Origin: Dictyostelium discoideum
Taxonomy: Eukaryota
Length of the DNA: 64,000 nt
Direction: 5' to 3'
Assembly (NCBI GenBank): GCA_000004695.1
Contig: CM000154.2
Location: 2,848,001-2,912,000 of the forward strand
A program made the translations under genes and the position numbers. This document shows, in pieces, positions 12,345-24,899 of the stretch. Every line of letters starts with the position of its first letter. Position 1 is the first letter of the stretch. The notes under the pieces were generated by a model. It did no database searches, had not been told where the DNA came from, and saw nothing but the letters and a program-made list of their open reading frames with translations.

Positions 12345-12522
12345 CCTTGTATGTGTGGTATCTTGATTAATTAATTATAATCTTGTTTTTATTTTTTTTG
12401 TTGGTGAGGAAAAAAAGAATTGAAATGAAAAAAAAAAAAAAAGACTAAATATAATTGATCAATTTGTTATGAATTTTTTTTTTTTTTTTTTTTTATTTTT
12501 TCATTTTCAAAAAATAAAAAAA

Positions 12523-12564
<42 letters not shown>

Positions 12565-12681
12565 TTAGTCGTTGTTGTAATTTCATAAACATATATAAAA
12601 ATAACTTTAAAATTTTTTTTTTGTACAGTTTTTTTTTTTTTTTTTTTTTTTGTATTAATATTTAGAAATTATATATACAGT

Positions 12682-14469
12682 ATGGATTTATTAACAGCAT
12701 ACGATGACTCTGATGAAGAAGAGTTAACAAATACAAATACAAATACAAATACGAATACAACCACAACCACAACAACAACAACTACAACTACAACAGAAAC
12801 TACACCAACAATAAATAACAACAACAACAACAACAATAATAATAGTAATAAAACTATAACATCATTTAAACCAAGTAATTTAGCACCAATAGTAACATCA
12901 ATAAGAGTTGTAGAAAATAAAATTAATCCAAATGATAAGATATTATTATATAATCCAACAGTGGAAAGTTTAGAAGGTGATATATTTGGACCAAAGAAAC
13001 CATTTTCATCAAATGATAAAAAATTAGATCCTAAATTTAAAAATCATACAAATGGTTTGGTTGAAGATTATCATATAAATGATTATGCATTCAATCAACA
13101 GGTATTATCATTTAAAACTAATGGTTATTCAGAGAATCCAAATAATAGTACAGAGTTTATTGGTCATAGAAAAGATGAAAATGATCATACCAAAAAGAAT
13201 AATAATAATAATAAAAATAAAGATAAAAGAAAAAGAAATATAACAGATGATCCATCAAATGTTAATGGATATTTAGGACCATGGGGCACCACTAAAGCAG
13301 AATTAGATTTTAAACAAGGTAGAGAGAATGATATGGTTTCAATTGAAACTGATTTAACTGAACAACAAAGAGCATTTATGGATTCACGTGTTAAAAAACA
13401 AAAAGGTAAAGATGAAGAAGGTGGTGATATTGATTCAACTGCGGCAGCTTTATCAAATACATCAATATTTCATGGTAAATCAAAGAAGGATTATATGGGT
13501 AGATCTTGGGTTGACCCACCAAGTGATCTTAGATTGGTCACACCTGATACATTTGTACCAAAGAAATTGATTCATAATTATACTGGCCATACCAAAGGTG
13601 TTGCTGCTATTAGATATATACCAAAGTATGGTCATTTATTATTATCAGCTGGTATGGATAATACTGTAAAGATTTGGGATGCCTATGGCGACCGTCGTTG
13701 TATTCAAACCTATATGGGCCATTCACAGGCAGTTAGGGATATTTGTTTCTCAAATGATGGTCGTAGATTCCTAAGTTGTGGATATGATCGTCAGACTCGT
13801 CTTTGGGATACAGAGACTGGTAAGATACTAAGTTCATTCACAAATGGTAAAATACCCTATTGTATCAAATTCAATCCAGATGATGATAAACAAGAACAAT
13901 TCCTTTGTGGTGGTTCCGATAAGAAAATCATTCAATGGGATATCAAATCCAATCAAATCGTTCAAGAGTATGATCAACATTTAGGCGCTGTCAATACAAT
14001 TACCTTCTTGGATGACAATCGTAGATTCGTCACCTCTAGTGATGATAAATCATTACGTGTTTGGGATTGGGGTATTCCAGTGGTCATTAAATATATTAGT
14101 GATCCTTCAATGCATAGTATGCCTGCCGTTGCATTACATCCAAAGGGTAAATGGTTCGCAGCTCAATCTTTAGATAATCAAATCTTAATCTATAGTGCTC
14201 GTGATAGATTCCGTATGAATAAAAAGAAACGTTTCTTGGGTCATAATGTTTCTGGTTACGCTTGTCAATTAGGTTTCTCTCCTGATGGTAAATTCATTTA
14301 TTCGGGTGATTCAACTGGTAAAGCTTTCTTTTGGGATTGGAAAACTTCAAAAATCATTAAAACAATTAATGCTCATAATAATGTTTGTATTGGTATTGAA
14401 TGGGCTCCCTTAGAACCTTCAAAAGTTGCAACTTGTAGTTGGAATAATGAAATTAAACTGTGGGATTAA
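12682..14469 (+). CDS. cdc40: Pre-mRNA-processing factor 17 (PRP17/CDC40), WD40-repeat spliceosomal protein, single exon
   Basis: Seven WD repeats (GHTKGVAAIRYIPKYGHLLLSAGMDNTVKIWD...LRVWDW...) colinear with human CDC40. The N-terminus is T/N-rich. Confidence 0.85.
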   Translation: MDLLTAYDDSDEEELTNTNTNTNTNTTTTTTTTTTTTTETTPTINNNNNNNNNNSNKTITSFKPSNLAPIVTSIRVVENKINPNDKILLYNPTVESLEGDIFGPKKPFSSNDKKLDPKFKNHTNGLVEDYHINDYAFNQQVLSFKTNGYSENPNNSTEFIGHRKDENDHTKKNNNNNKNKDKRKRNITDDPSNVNGYLGPWGTTKAELDFKQGRENDMVSIETDLTEQQRAFMDSRVKKQKGKDEEGGDIDSTAAALSNTSIFHGKSKKDYMGRSWVDPPSDLRLVTPDTFVPKKLIHNYTGHTKGVAAIRYIPKYGHLLLSAGMDNTVKIWDAYGDRRCIQTYMGHSQAVRDICFSNDGRRFLSCGYDRQTRLWDTETGKILSSFTNGKIPYCIKFNPDDDKQEQFLCGGSDKKIIQWDIKSNQIVQEYDQHLGAVNTITFLDDNRRFVTSSDDKSLRVWDWGIPVVIKYISDPSMHSMPAVALHPKGKWFAAQSLDNQILIYSARDRFRMNKKKRFLGHNVSGYACQLGFSPDGKFIYSGDSTGKAFFWDWKTSKIIKTINAHNNVCIGIEWAPLEPSKVATCSWNNEIKLWD

Positions 14470-17400
14470 AAATAATTATAATAATAATATTAATAATAAT
14501 AAAAAAAAAAAAAAAACTAGATAGAAATTATTTTATTTATTTTGTTTTATTTATTTTTATTTGTTTTTTTATTTATTTTATTTCATTTATTTTATTTTAT
14601 TTATTTGTTTTATTATTATTTTTTAATTATTATGATTTTTATTTTTTTTGGTTATTGTTACCCATTTCATCATCGTCATTGTTATCCATTTCATCATCAT
14701 CATTGTTATCCATTTCTTCATCATAGAAGTCATCCTCCTCATCATTTCCACCCTTGGGTACAACAAAAAATTCATCTTCACTTTGTTCATCACTATCATC
14801 ATTATTATCATCATGATTATCTTTGTTGTTGTCTTGATCAGAGTTTTGAATTGATTGATTTGAATTATTATTTATTTGATTTGATTTATATATATGATCA
14901 AAATCAATTGTTGTGTGTATTAAAAATTTTTCCCAAGTATTATCTTTTGCTAAAACCTTATAGGTACCAATAACGTATAAACCTAACTTGGCTCTTGTTA
15001 GTGCTACATTGATACGTCTACGATCTGAGAGGAAACCAATACCAAATTTTTCGATTGATCTTACACATGACATAATGATGATATCTTTTTCTGAACCTTG
15101 AACACCATCAATTGTTGAAACTGAAATATTTAAATTATGATGTTCAGATCTATTTAGTTGTTCTTTGATTTGATTCATTTGTAATTTATAGGGAGTAATT
15201 ATACCAAATGATAGCTTTTTACATTCTGGATATTTTTCAATTAGTTCCTTTATTAAAGTAAATACCTTATCAATTTCATCTTGATTCATTATGGATTTTT
15301 TAATAACTTTTTGATTTGATTTTGGTAAATCAAAAAATTTCATCGGTCCAAATGAAGGATCGAAATGGAATTTACAATTGTTATAGGAATCTATTGAAAC
15401 GTTTTCACCATCTTTTAAAGTTCCGTTATAGAATTCTTCAGATATGAATTTTGATGTCACTGGATGCATACGATATTGTGTATTTAAAAATTGGACATCG
15501 ATCGATTTGGCTAATCTTTCAAATAATGATATTTTTAAACCACAGTCAGCACCTTGTTTGGAAAAAATAGTTGGTGGCAATTGAACTGGATCACCAACTA
15601 AAATTAACTTTTTAACAGAACCTAATGATAGTGGAATAATTGAGGTTGGTTCTGAAGATTGCGTAGATTCATCAATCAAAACAATATCTGGAGAAAAGTT
15701 TTCAAAAATAGCCTTTGAACCACTTCCAGCTAAAGTTGAGAAAACAATAGACGCTGATTTGATGAGGTTAATTCTTCTTGATGAATTTTTATTTTTAAGA
15801 GAAATTTTTTGACATTCTGGTGATATTTTTTCTTTTCTGCCAGTTCTAACCATGTTTGGTTTAAATATTTGACCATCACTATTTAATAGATTTTTTAAAC
15901 ATCTTTTTGCAACTTCATCTACTGATGCATGTGAAGGACCACATACCAAAATTTTGAACTTTTTGTCAATAGCTAATAAAACTGAAAGTAAATAATTGAT
16001 GGTTGTGGTTTTACCTGTACCTGGTGGACCTTGAATCAATGTTATACCACTCTCAACTAAAGATGATTTAATAGCATTAAGTTGTGATTCATTTAATTTT
16101 TCTTTACAAATTGTTTCCAAGGTTGGTGGGAATTTCATCATTTTTTGGTTCAAATTATTATTGCACCCTGGATTAAAAATAAGATTTTTAATAAATGGTG
16201 ATGCCTTAAATTCTTGAATGCTTCTAATGAATGTTACACTATTTGAAATTTTATTATAATGAATTGATGATTGAGTACTTGAATTTAATGACTTAGTAAA
16301 AAAGTGTGTTGGATTTGAATATAACAAATCGCAAACTATTGATTGTTGATGTAGGCTACCTTGCATTAAATTTGAAGTTTTTCTTACTATTCCAAATGTA
16401 AATTTTGTGCCATCTAAGCCTATTACTTTGAATAATAATATATCACCTACTGAAATTTCTTCCAGTTTATTTCTATTACCATGAATGATTAGTTCAACAG
16501 TTATAAATTTAGTTTGACGACTTATTTGGACAACTTCAATTGCTTCATTCATTTTAATTTTATCGAAACCTTCAAAAGTTCCATCTTTTGCACTATTAAT
16601 CCCATTAAGTGCATTAATTCCATTTTCAACTTGAGCTCTAAAGTCATCGAAAATTAATGGTTTATTTACTATTTGGTATTCTTTTTCTCCTGTATAATTA
16701 TCTGATAATTCACCTATACCATTTGGTTTTAGCAATGGTATTTTCGAAGGTTCACAACTTAAAATTAGATTTAAAGTTTCATCTGGACTTATTGATATTA
16801 CATCAACATAACTGTATATGTAATCAGCCTTAATCTTTGTATTATTATTATTATTATCATTATTATTTGATTTTTTGGTTCCAATGCTATGGACAGATAT
16901 TGTTTCATTTTTAAATAATTGATGAATTTCAATAAATAATAATTCTAAAACAGTTTCTAATCTTTCAGATTCATTCAATTGAAAATTTGGAATCTTTATT
17001 ATTGGAGATATCTTTGATTGAAAATCTTGAATCATTGTAACTTTAGATTTCTCTAAACACCTTGGATCGAATTTAATTTTGTTTTTTGCTAATTCACTTT
17101 TTAAATCATTGAAGGTAGTTCTATTACCTTTTGTTAAATTCCTTAACTCTATATTCTGGTAGTGATGATTAAACTCTATTAAAGCCATTAATGTTAATGT
17201 TTTTTGATATATCAAATTGACAGAACTTTTACGACTTAAATTTTCAGAGGGAATCAATTGATTTAGAGTTCTATTACAATTATTAATCTGTTGTTCAAAT
17301 GATTTTGTATCTTCTTCAATGATCCTTTTTAATTTGTTTAATTTGTTTTGGTTATTGTTTTCATTCTTTAATAATTTATTCAATTCATTGAGAATAAAAA

Positions 17401-18901
17401 GAACACTCTTAGGATCTTCAAATATTTTCATTAATAAACTATTTTTTAAACTTTTTTCAATATCAATTGTACTAGCTATTGGATTTGATAATGTTTGTTT
17501 TGGAGTTGTTATCATATCTAGTTTTGGTAAAGCAATTGTAGCTGGTATTGAAGTTGGGACAGCCGCTGGTGTTGTTGTTAATGTTGGTACAACTTGGTTT
17601 GTAGTAGTAGTTGTATTTAAACTTGGAGTTGGTAACAATGGGACCAATTTTGGAAGTGATATATCTTTGAATAATTCATTAATATCTTTAAACTTTTTTA
17701 ATCTTATTGAGTTTTCCATATGAATAAATTCAACAATAATTCTAAAGAAAGAATTTTGGATTGAAGAAGCAATATTTCTATCTGTTACAAAAGGATCCAA
17801 TACGATCATAGTACTTTTTAGCAAATCTTCATTAACAAGGGATGATCTTTTAAGTAATGGGCCATTTTTACATAGTGTACCACCGCCACTTGAATGACTG
17901 ATTGAAATAATATTCTCCTTATAGTTGAAAATTGAATAGTAGTTAAAGAATAGGTAGAAAAGTTGATCAATTTTTAATTTATTTTTACTTGAATCAAACT
18001 TATCAAAACTTTTAAATTCATAAAATTCAAAAGAATCAATTCGTTTTAAAATTGGATTTGTTGAATAGCTATTTAATAGTTGAGGTGATTTAGTTTGTAA
18101 ATTTGGTAGAATTGGTGTACTAATCGATTGAAGGAAGTGAATTACCATATTAACCAAACAGAAGGAACTAAATGTATGTTTTGATGCGTCATTCAAATTT
18201 TTACAGCTTGCCCACCATTTAACCAATAATGATAGAATGATATATCTATTATCTATGGAACAATATTCTTTCAATAATAATGAATTAAAATAAGCCTTTG
18301 ATGAATTGCAGCTCATATCGAAATGATACTTTGATGATTTCTCTACAAACCTAATTATTGGTACAGTTGCACTTAATCTCTTTTCAATGATTGTGTATAA
18401 CTTTGTTGACTCTAAATATTTGGAAACCACCTCTAAATGAGTTACTTGATTTTCATTTTGATTGATTTTGAAATTAACATCTAAATCACTACCCTCTAAT
18501 GATAATCCAGTTAAAAATGAACCATAGAGTTGAATAGATGAATCCTTAAATTTATTTGATAAAAACATTTCCAATCTATTGAAACTTTTTTCCTTTTTAC
18601 TAACTCTTTTACATTTAATTTTGTTGAATAGGATAATAAGATCATGGGTTATAGCTTTTTGATGTTTTGGAATTTGATAATTTAAATAAAAATCTGGTAT
18701 ATATTCCTTTAAATAATATGCCATATTTAATATATTTTTTTTAAAATCATTACTATGATATCCTTCTTCAGTAGGTTGTTCTTTTCTAAAGGCCTCAAAT
18801 AGTTTTATTGGGTAATCATCACCAATATTTTTTCTACTCTCAGTTTTATTTTCATTAAATTCTTTGTAAATGTTGTTGAAAATTGTAATTTCATCATTAT
18901 T

Positions 18902-18948
<47 letters not shown>

Positions 18949-20147
18949 TATCATTATCATTATTATTATTATAATTATTATTATTATTTAAAGTATTTGA
19001 GTTTGAGTTTGAGTTTGAGTTTGAGGTTGGTTTTTGAGTTTGAGTTTGAGGTTGAGATTGCGTTTGTGTGATTTTTATAACATCTGGAACCTGTTTTAAA
19101 ATGCCAGTAGCCAATGAAGTTTCTTTTAATAATCTAACCTCTTCAAATAGATTTTTAATGGTCATGATTATATTTCCACCATCGAAAGGAAGAGAAAAAT
19201 TAGGGATTTCAAAATAAATAGATGCACCATCAATGATTTCAATTGGTTTTGAAAATTCACTAAGATTTCTTGTAAATATTTTCTTAATTCCAAATCTTGA
19301 CTGAACACTTTCCAATATTGCTGAACATTTTGAAAAATTTAATCCATAAGCTTTGCAATGCTCTTTTAAATATTTTCTTTGACAAAAAAAATTAAATTCA
19401 ATGACCATTCTTAGAACAAGATATTGATTGTAAAAAATACTTGATTTAATTGATTCATTGGATTGATTTTTTAACATTGCCTTCAAACTATGTAATAATT
19501 TACCTAATAAACCATCTCTTCTACTTTTAGATTTTTTAACAAAATCTTTCATTAAATTTAATTCTATTTCATTGCCTTTAAATTGATTTTTAAAACTATC
19601 TATTACTTGAATTTGATCATTAATATCGATTTCTTTGAAAACCAATTCAAAAATATTATTCCTTTGCGCTTTTTTGATTATTAAAAAAAAAAAAGAAAAA
19701 AAAAAAAAAAAAAAATTAATATAAATAAATATATAAATAAATAAATAAATAAATAAGTAAATAATAAAAAAATAAATAAATGATAAATAATAATTAAATA
19801 AATTATCTAAAAATTAATATTAAAAAAATATTTACACATCTTGGTTTATTTATTTATTTATTCAATAAATAAAAAAAAAAGTTGAAAATTAAATGTAAAA
19901 AATGATTTAAATATTTTTTTATAGGGAGAAGTTTAAAAAAAAAAAACGATTTAAATTTTTTTTTTATAGGTTTTGTTTTTTTTTTTTTGAATCAAGGGAA
20001 AATTTTAAAAAAAAAAAAAAAAAAAAAATTTTAAAAATCGTAAAATTCATCAATTATTAAAAAATCTGAGACATGAAAATTATAATGGACATAATTAAAA
20101 AATAATTTATTATTATTTTATTTATTTGGTTTATTTTGTTTTATTTT
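14412..20147. repeat. Tandem segmental duplication, unit 1 (about 5.7 kb: last 57 bp of the PRP17 CDS, its 3' flank, and the NTase-helicase gene)
   Basis: 20148..20219 repeats 14412..14483 (PRP17 3' end ...EPSKVATCSWNNEIKLWD*) at about 90% identity. The gene bodies are colinear. Confidence 0.85.
14639..19645 (-). CDS. Nucleotidyltransferase (Cid1/Gld2/TUTase-like PAP/OAS1 family) fused to a Upf1-like SF1 RNA helicase, copy A (1668 aa, intact)
   Basis: NTase core LYGSFLTGLSLEGSDLDVNF (GS...DxD) plus downstream FDMS and a PAP-associated region. SF1 motifs: I LIQGPPGTGKTTTI, II VLIDESTQ, III LILVGDPVQLPPT, V VSTIDGVQGSEKDIIIMSCVR, VI GFLSDRRRINVALTRAKLGLYVIG. Acidic C-terminal tail. Confidence 0.8.
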
Positions 20148-23100
20148 AGAACCTTCAAAAGTTCCAACTTGCAGTAGCGATAATGAAATTAAACTGTGGG
20201 ATTAAAAATAATTATAATAAAAAAAAAAAAAAACAAGATAGAAATTATTTTATTTATTTTATTTTATTTATTTTATTTTTATTTTTATTTATTTTTTTTA
20301 TTTTATTTATTTTATTTATTATTATTATTTTTTATTATCATGATTTTTATTTTCTTTGTCGTTGTTGCCCATTTCATCATCGTCATTGTTATCCATTTCA
20401 TCATCATTGTTATCCATTTCTTCATCATCATAAAAGTCATCCTCCTCATCATTTCCACCCTTGGGTACAACAAAAAATTCATCTTCACTTTGTTCATCAC
20501 TATCATCATTATTGTCATCATGATTATTATTATTATTATTATTATTTGTTATTTCTCCACCATTATTTTCATTCTTTATCTCTAATTGATTTTCATTTTC
20601 TTTTTTATTTTCATTTTCATTTTCATTTTTATTTTCATTTTTATTTTCGTTTTCGTTTTCATTTTCATTTTCATTTTTATTTTTATTTTCATTTTCATTT
20701 TTATTTTCATTTTCATTTTCATTTTCACTTTTATTATCAATAGTATTATTATTATGATTATCTTTGTTGTCTTGGTTAGAGTTTTGAATTGATTGAATTG
20801 AATTATTATTTATTTGATTTGATTTATATATCTGATCAAAATCAATTGTTGAGTATTTTAAAAAATTTCCCCAAGTATTATCTTTTTCTAAGACCCAAGA
20901 GGTACCAATAACGTATAAACCTAACTTGGCTCTTGTTAGTGCTACATTGATACGTCTACGATCTGAGAGGAAACCAATTCCATATTTTTCGGTACATCTT
21001 ACACATGACATGATAATGATATCTTTTTCTGAACCTTGAACACCATCAATTGTTGAAACTGAAATATTTAAATAACGATGTTCAGATCTGTTTAATTGTT
21101 CTTTGATTTGAATCATTTGTAATTTATAGGGAGTAATTATACCAAATGATAGCTTTTTACATTCTGGATATTTTTCAATTAGTTCCTTTATTAAAGTAAA
21201 TACCTTATCAATTTCATCTTGATTCATTATGGATTTTTTAATAACTATTTGATCTGATTTTGGTAAATTAAAAAATTTCATTGGCCCGAATGAAGGATCG
21301 AAATGGAATTTACAATTGTTAAAGGAGTCTATCGAAACATTTTCACCATCTTTTAAAGTTCCGTTATAGAATTCTTCAGATATGAATTTTGATATCACTG
21401 GATGCATACGATATTGTGTATTTAAAAATTGGACATCGATCGATTTGGCTAATCTTTCAAATAATGATATTTTTAAACCACAGTCAGCACCATCTTTTGA
21501 AAAAATAGTTGGTGCTAATTGAACTGGGTCACCAACTAAAATTAACTTTTTAATAGAACCTAATGATAGTGGAATAATTGAGGTTGGTTCTGAAGATTGT
21601 GTAGATTCATCAATCAAAACAATATCTGGAGAAAAGTTTTCAAAAATAGCCTTTGAACCACTTCCAGCTAAAGTTGAGAAAACAATAGAGGTTGACTTGA
21701 TGAGGTTAATTCTTCTTGATGAATTTTTATTTTTAAGAGAAATTTTTTGACATTCTGGTGATATTTTTTCTTTTCTGCCAGTTCTAACCATGTTCGGTTT
21801 AAAATTTTGACCATCACTATTTAATAGATTTTTTAAACATCTTTTTGCAACTTCATCTACTGATGCATGTGAAGGACCACATACCAAAATTTTGAACTTT
21901 TTGTCAATAGCTAATAAAACTGAAAGTAAATAATTGATGGTTGTGGTTTTACCTGTACCTGGTGGACCTTGAATCAATGTTATACCACTCTCAACTAAAG
22001 ATGATTTAATAGCATTAAGTTGTGATTCATTTAATTTTTCTTTACAAATTGTTTCCAAGGTTGGTGGGAATTTCATCATTTTTTGGTTCGAATTATTATT
22101 ATTATTATTATTATGTCCTGGATTATAAATAAGATTTTTAATAAATGGTGATGCCTTAAATTCTTGAATGGTTCTAATGAATGTTACACTATTTGAAATT
22201 TTAATATAATCAATTGATGATCTAGTGCTTGGATTTAATGATAAAGTAAAAACATATGTTGGATTTGAATCAAACAAATCACAAACTATTGATTGTTGAT
22301 GTAGGCTACCTTGCATTAAATTTGAAGTTTTTCTTACTATTCCAAATATAAACTTTGTGCCATCTAAGCCTATTACTTTGAATAGTAATATATCACCTAC
22401 TGAAATTTCTTCCAATTTATTTCTATTACCATGAATGATAAGCTCAACAGTTTCAAATTCAGTTTGACGACTTCTTTGGACAACCTCAATTGATTCATTC
22501 ATTTTAATTTTATCGAAACCTTCTAAAGTACCATCTTTTTTACTTAGAATGATCCCATTGAGTGCATTAATTCCATTTTCAACTTGAGCTCTAAAGTCAT
22601 CGAAAATTAATGGTCTCATTAAGTTTTGATATTGTTTATCTCCTGTAAAATTATCTGATAATTCATCAATACCAGTTGCTCTTAGCAATGGTATTTTCGA
22701 AGGTTGACAACTTAAAATTAGATTTAATGTTTCTTCTGGACTTATTGACATTACATCAACATAATCGTATATGTAATTAGCCTTATTATTATTATTATTA
22801 TTATTATTATTTTTTGATTTTTGTATCACGAATACAGAACCTGTTTCCATTTGAAATAATTGATGAATTTCATTAAATAATAATTCTATAACAGTTTCTA
22901 ATCTTTCAGATTCATTCAATTGAAAAGTTGGAATCTTTATTATTGAAGAGATCTTTGATCGAAAATCTTTAATCATTGTAATTTTATCCTCTTTTATACT
23001 CTTTGGATCGAATTTAATTTTGCTTTTTGCTAATTCACTATTTAAATCATTGAAATTAGTTCTATTATCTTTTGTTAAATTCCTTAACTCTATATACTGG

Positions 23101-24846
23101 TAGTGATGATTAAACTCTATTAAAGCCATTAATGTTAATGTTTTTTGAAATATCAAATTGACAGAACTTTTACAACTTGTATTTTCAGAGGGAATCAATT
23201 GTTTTAGAGTTTTATTACAATTACTAATCTGTTGACTAAATGAGTCTTTTTCTTCTTCAATGATTTTTTTTAATTTGTTTAATTGATTTCGGATATTGTT
23301 TTCATTTTTTAATAAATTTTCCAATTCACTGAGAATAAAAACAACATTCTGTGGATTTTGAAATATTTTCATTAATAAACTATTTTCTAAACCTTTTTCA
23401 ACATTTATTGTAGCTGGTTTTGAAGTTTTAGTTGTTAGTGGAGTTGGTTTTGAGGTTGAATTTGTAGTTGTTGTTGTAGTTGGTGGAGCTGGTTTTGAAG
23501 TTGAATTTGTAGTTGAAGTTGGAGTTGGTGCAACTGTTTTTGTAATATTGGTATTTGTAGTTGTATTTGTAATCGGTAACAATGAAACTAGTGTTGGAAG
23601 TGATATATCTTTGAATAATTCATTAATATCTTTAAACTTTTTTAATCTTATTGAGTTTTCCATATGAATAAATTCAATAATAATTCTAAAGAAAGAATTT
23701 TGGATTGAAGAAGCAATATTTCTATCTGTTATAAATGGATCCAATACGATCATAGTACTTTTTAGCAAAGCTTCATTAACAAGGGATGATCTTTTAAGTA
23801 GTGGGCCATTTTTACATAATGAACCGCCGCCACTTGAATGACTGATTGAAATAATATTCTCTTTGTAGTTGAAAATTGAATAGTAGTTAAAGAATAGGTA
23901 GAAAAGTTGATCAATTTTTAATTTATTTTTACTTGAATCAAACTTATCAAAACTTTTAAATTCATAAAATTCAAAAGAATCAATTCGTTTTAAAATTGGA
24001 TTTGTTGAATAGCTATTTAATAGTTGAGGTGATTTAGTGTGTAAATTTGGTAAAATTGGTGTACTAATCGATTGAAGGAAGTGAATTACCATATTAACCA
24101 AACAGTAAGAACTAAATGTATGTTTTGATGCATCATTCAAATTTTTACAGCTTGTTCACCATTTAACCAATAATGATAGAATGATACATCTATTATCTAT
24201 GGAACAATATTCTTTCAATAATAATGAATTAAAATAAGCCTTTGATGAATTGAAACTCATATCGAAATGATACTTTGATGATTTCTCTACAAACCTAATT
24301 ATTGGTACAGTTGCACTTAATCTCTTTTCAATGATTGTGTATAACTTTGTTGACTCTAAATATTTGGAAACCACCTCTAAATGAGTTACTTGATTTTCAT
24401 TTTGATTGATTTTGAAATTAACATCTAAATCACTACCCTCTAATGATAATCCAGTTAAAAATGAACCATAGAGTTGAATAGATGAATCCTTAAATTTATT
24501 TGATAAAAACATTTCCAATCTATTAAAACTATTTTCCTTTTTACTAACTCTTTTGCATTTAATTTTGTTGTATATGATTTCAAGATCATGGTTTACAATT
24601 TTTTGATGTTTTGGAATTTGATTATTTGAATTAGGATCTGGTATAAAATTCCTTGAATAATATGCCATATTTAATATATTATGTTTAAAATCATTACTAT
24701 AATATCCTTCTTCAGTTGGCTTTTCTTTTTTAAAAACCTCTAATAGTTTTATTGGGTAATCATCACCAATATTTTTTCTACTTTCGTTTCTATTTTCATT
24801 AAATTCTTTGTAAATGTTGTTGAAAATTGTAATTTCATCATTATTT

Positions 24847-24899
<53 letters not shown>

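Noticed and set aside
14460-14973. Plus-strand ORFs (poly-Ile/Phe and His/Tyr-rich) at 14460..14973, 14648..14854, 20183..20792 and 20586..20792.
   Set aside because: They overlap the acidic C-terminal tails and AT-rich 3' flanks of the NTase-helicase genes on the opposite strand, so they are repeat translations.
17319-17723. 134-aa plus-strand ORF inside NTase-helicase copy A.
   Set aside because: It is fully antisense to a well-supported long CDS and has no motif of its own.
24156-24158. TGA in copy B read as selenocysteine or programmed readthrough.
   Set aside because: Copy A has TGG (Trp) at the homologous codon and there is no SECIS-like context. Nonsense mutation or sequencing error is more parsimonious.
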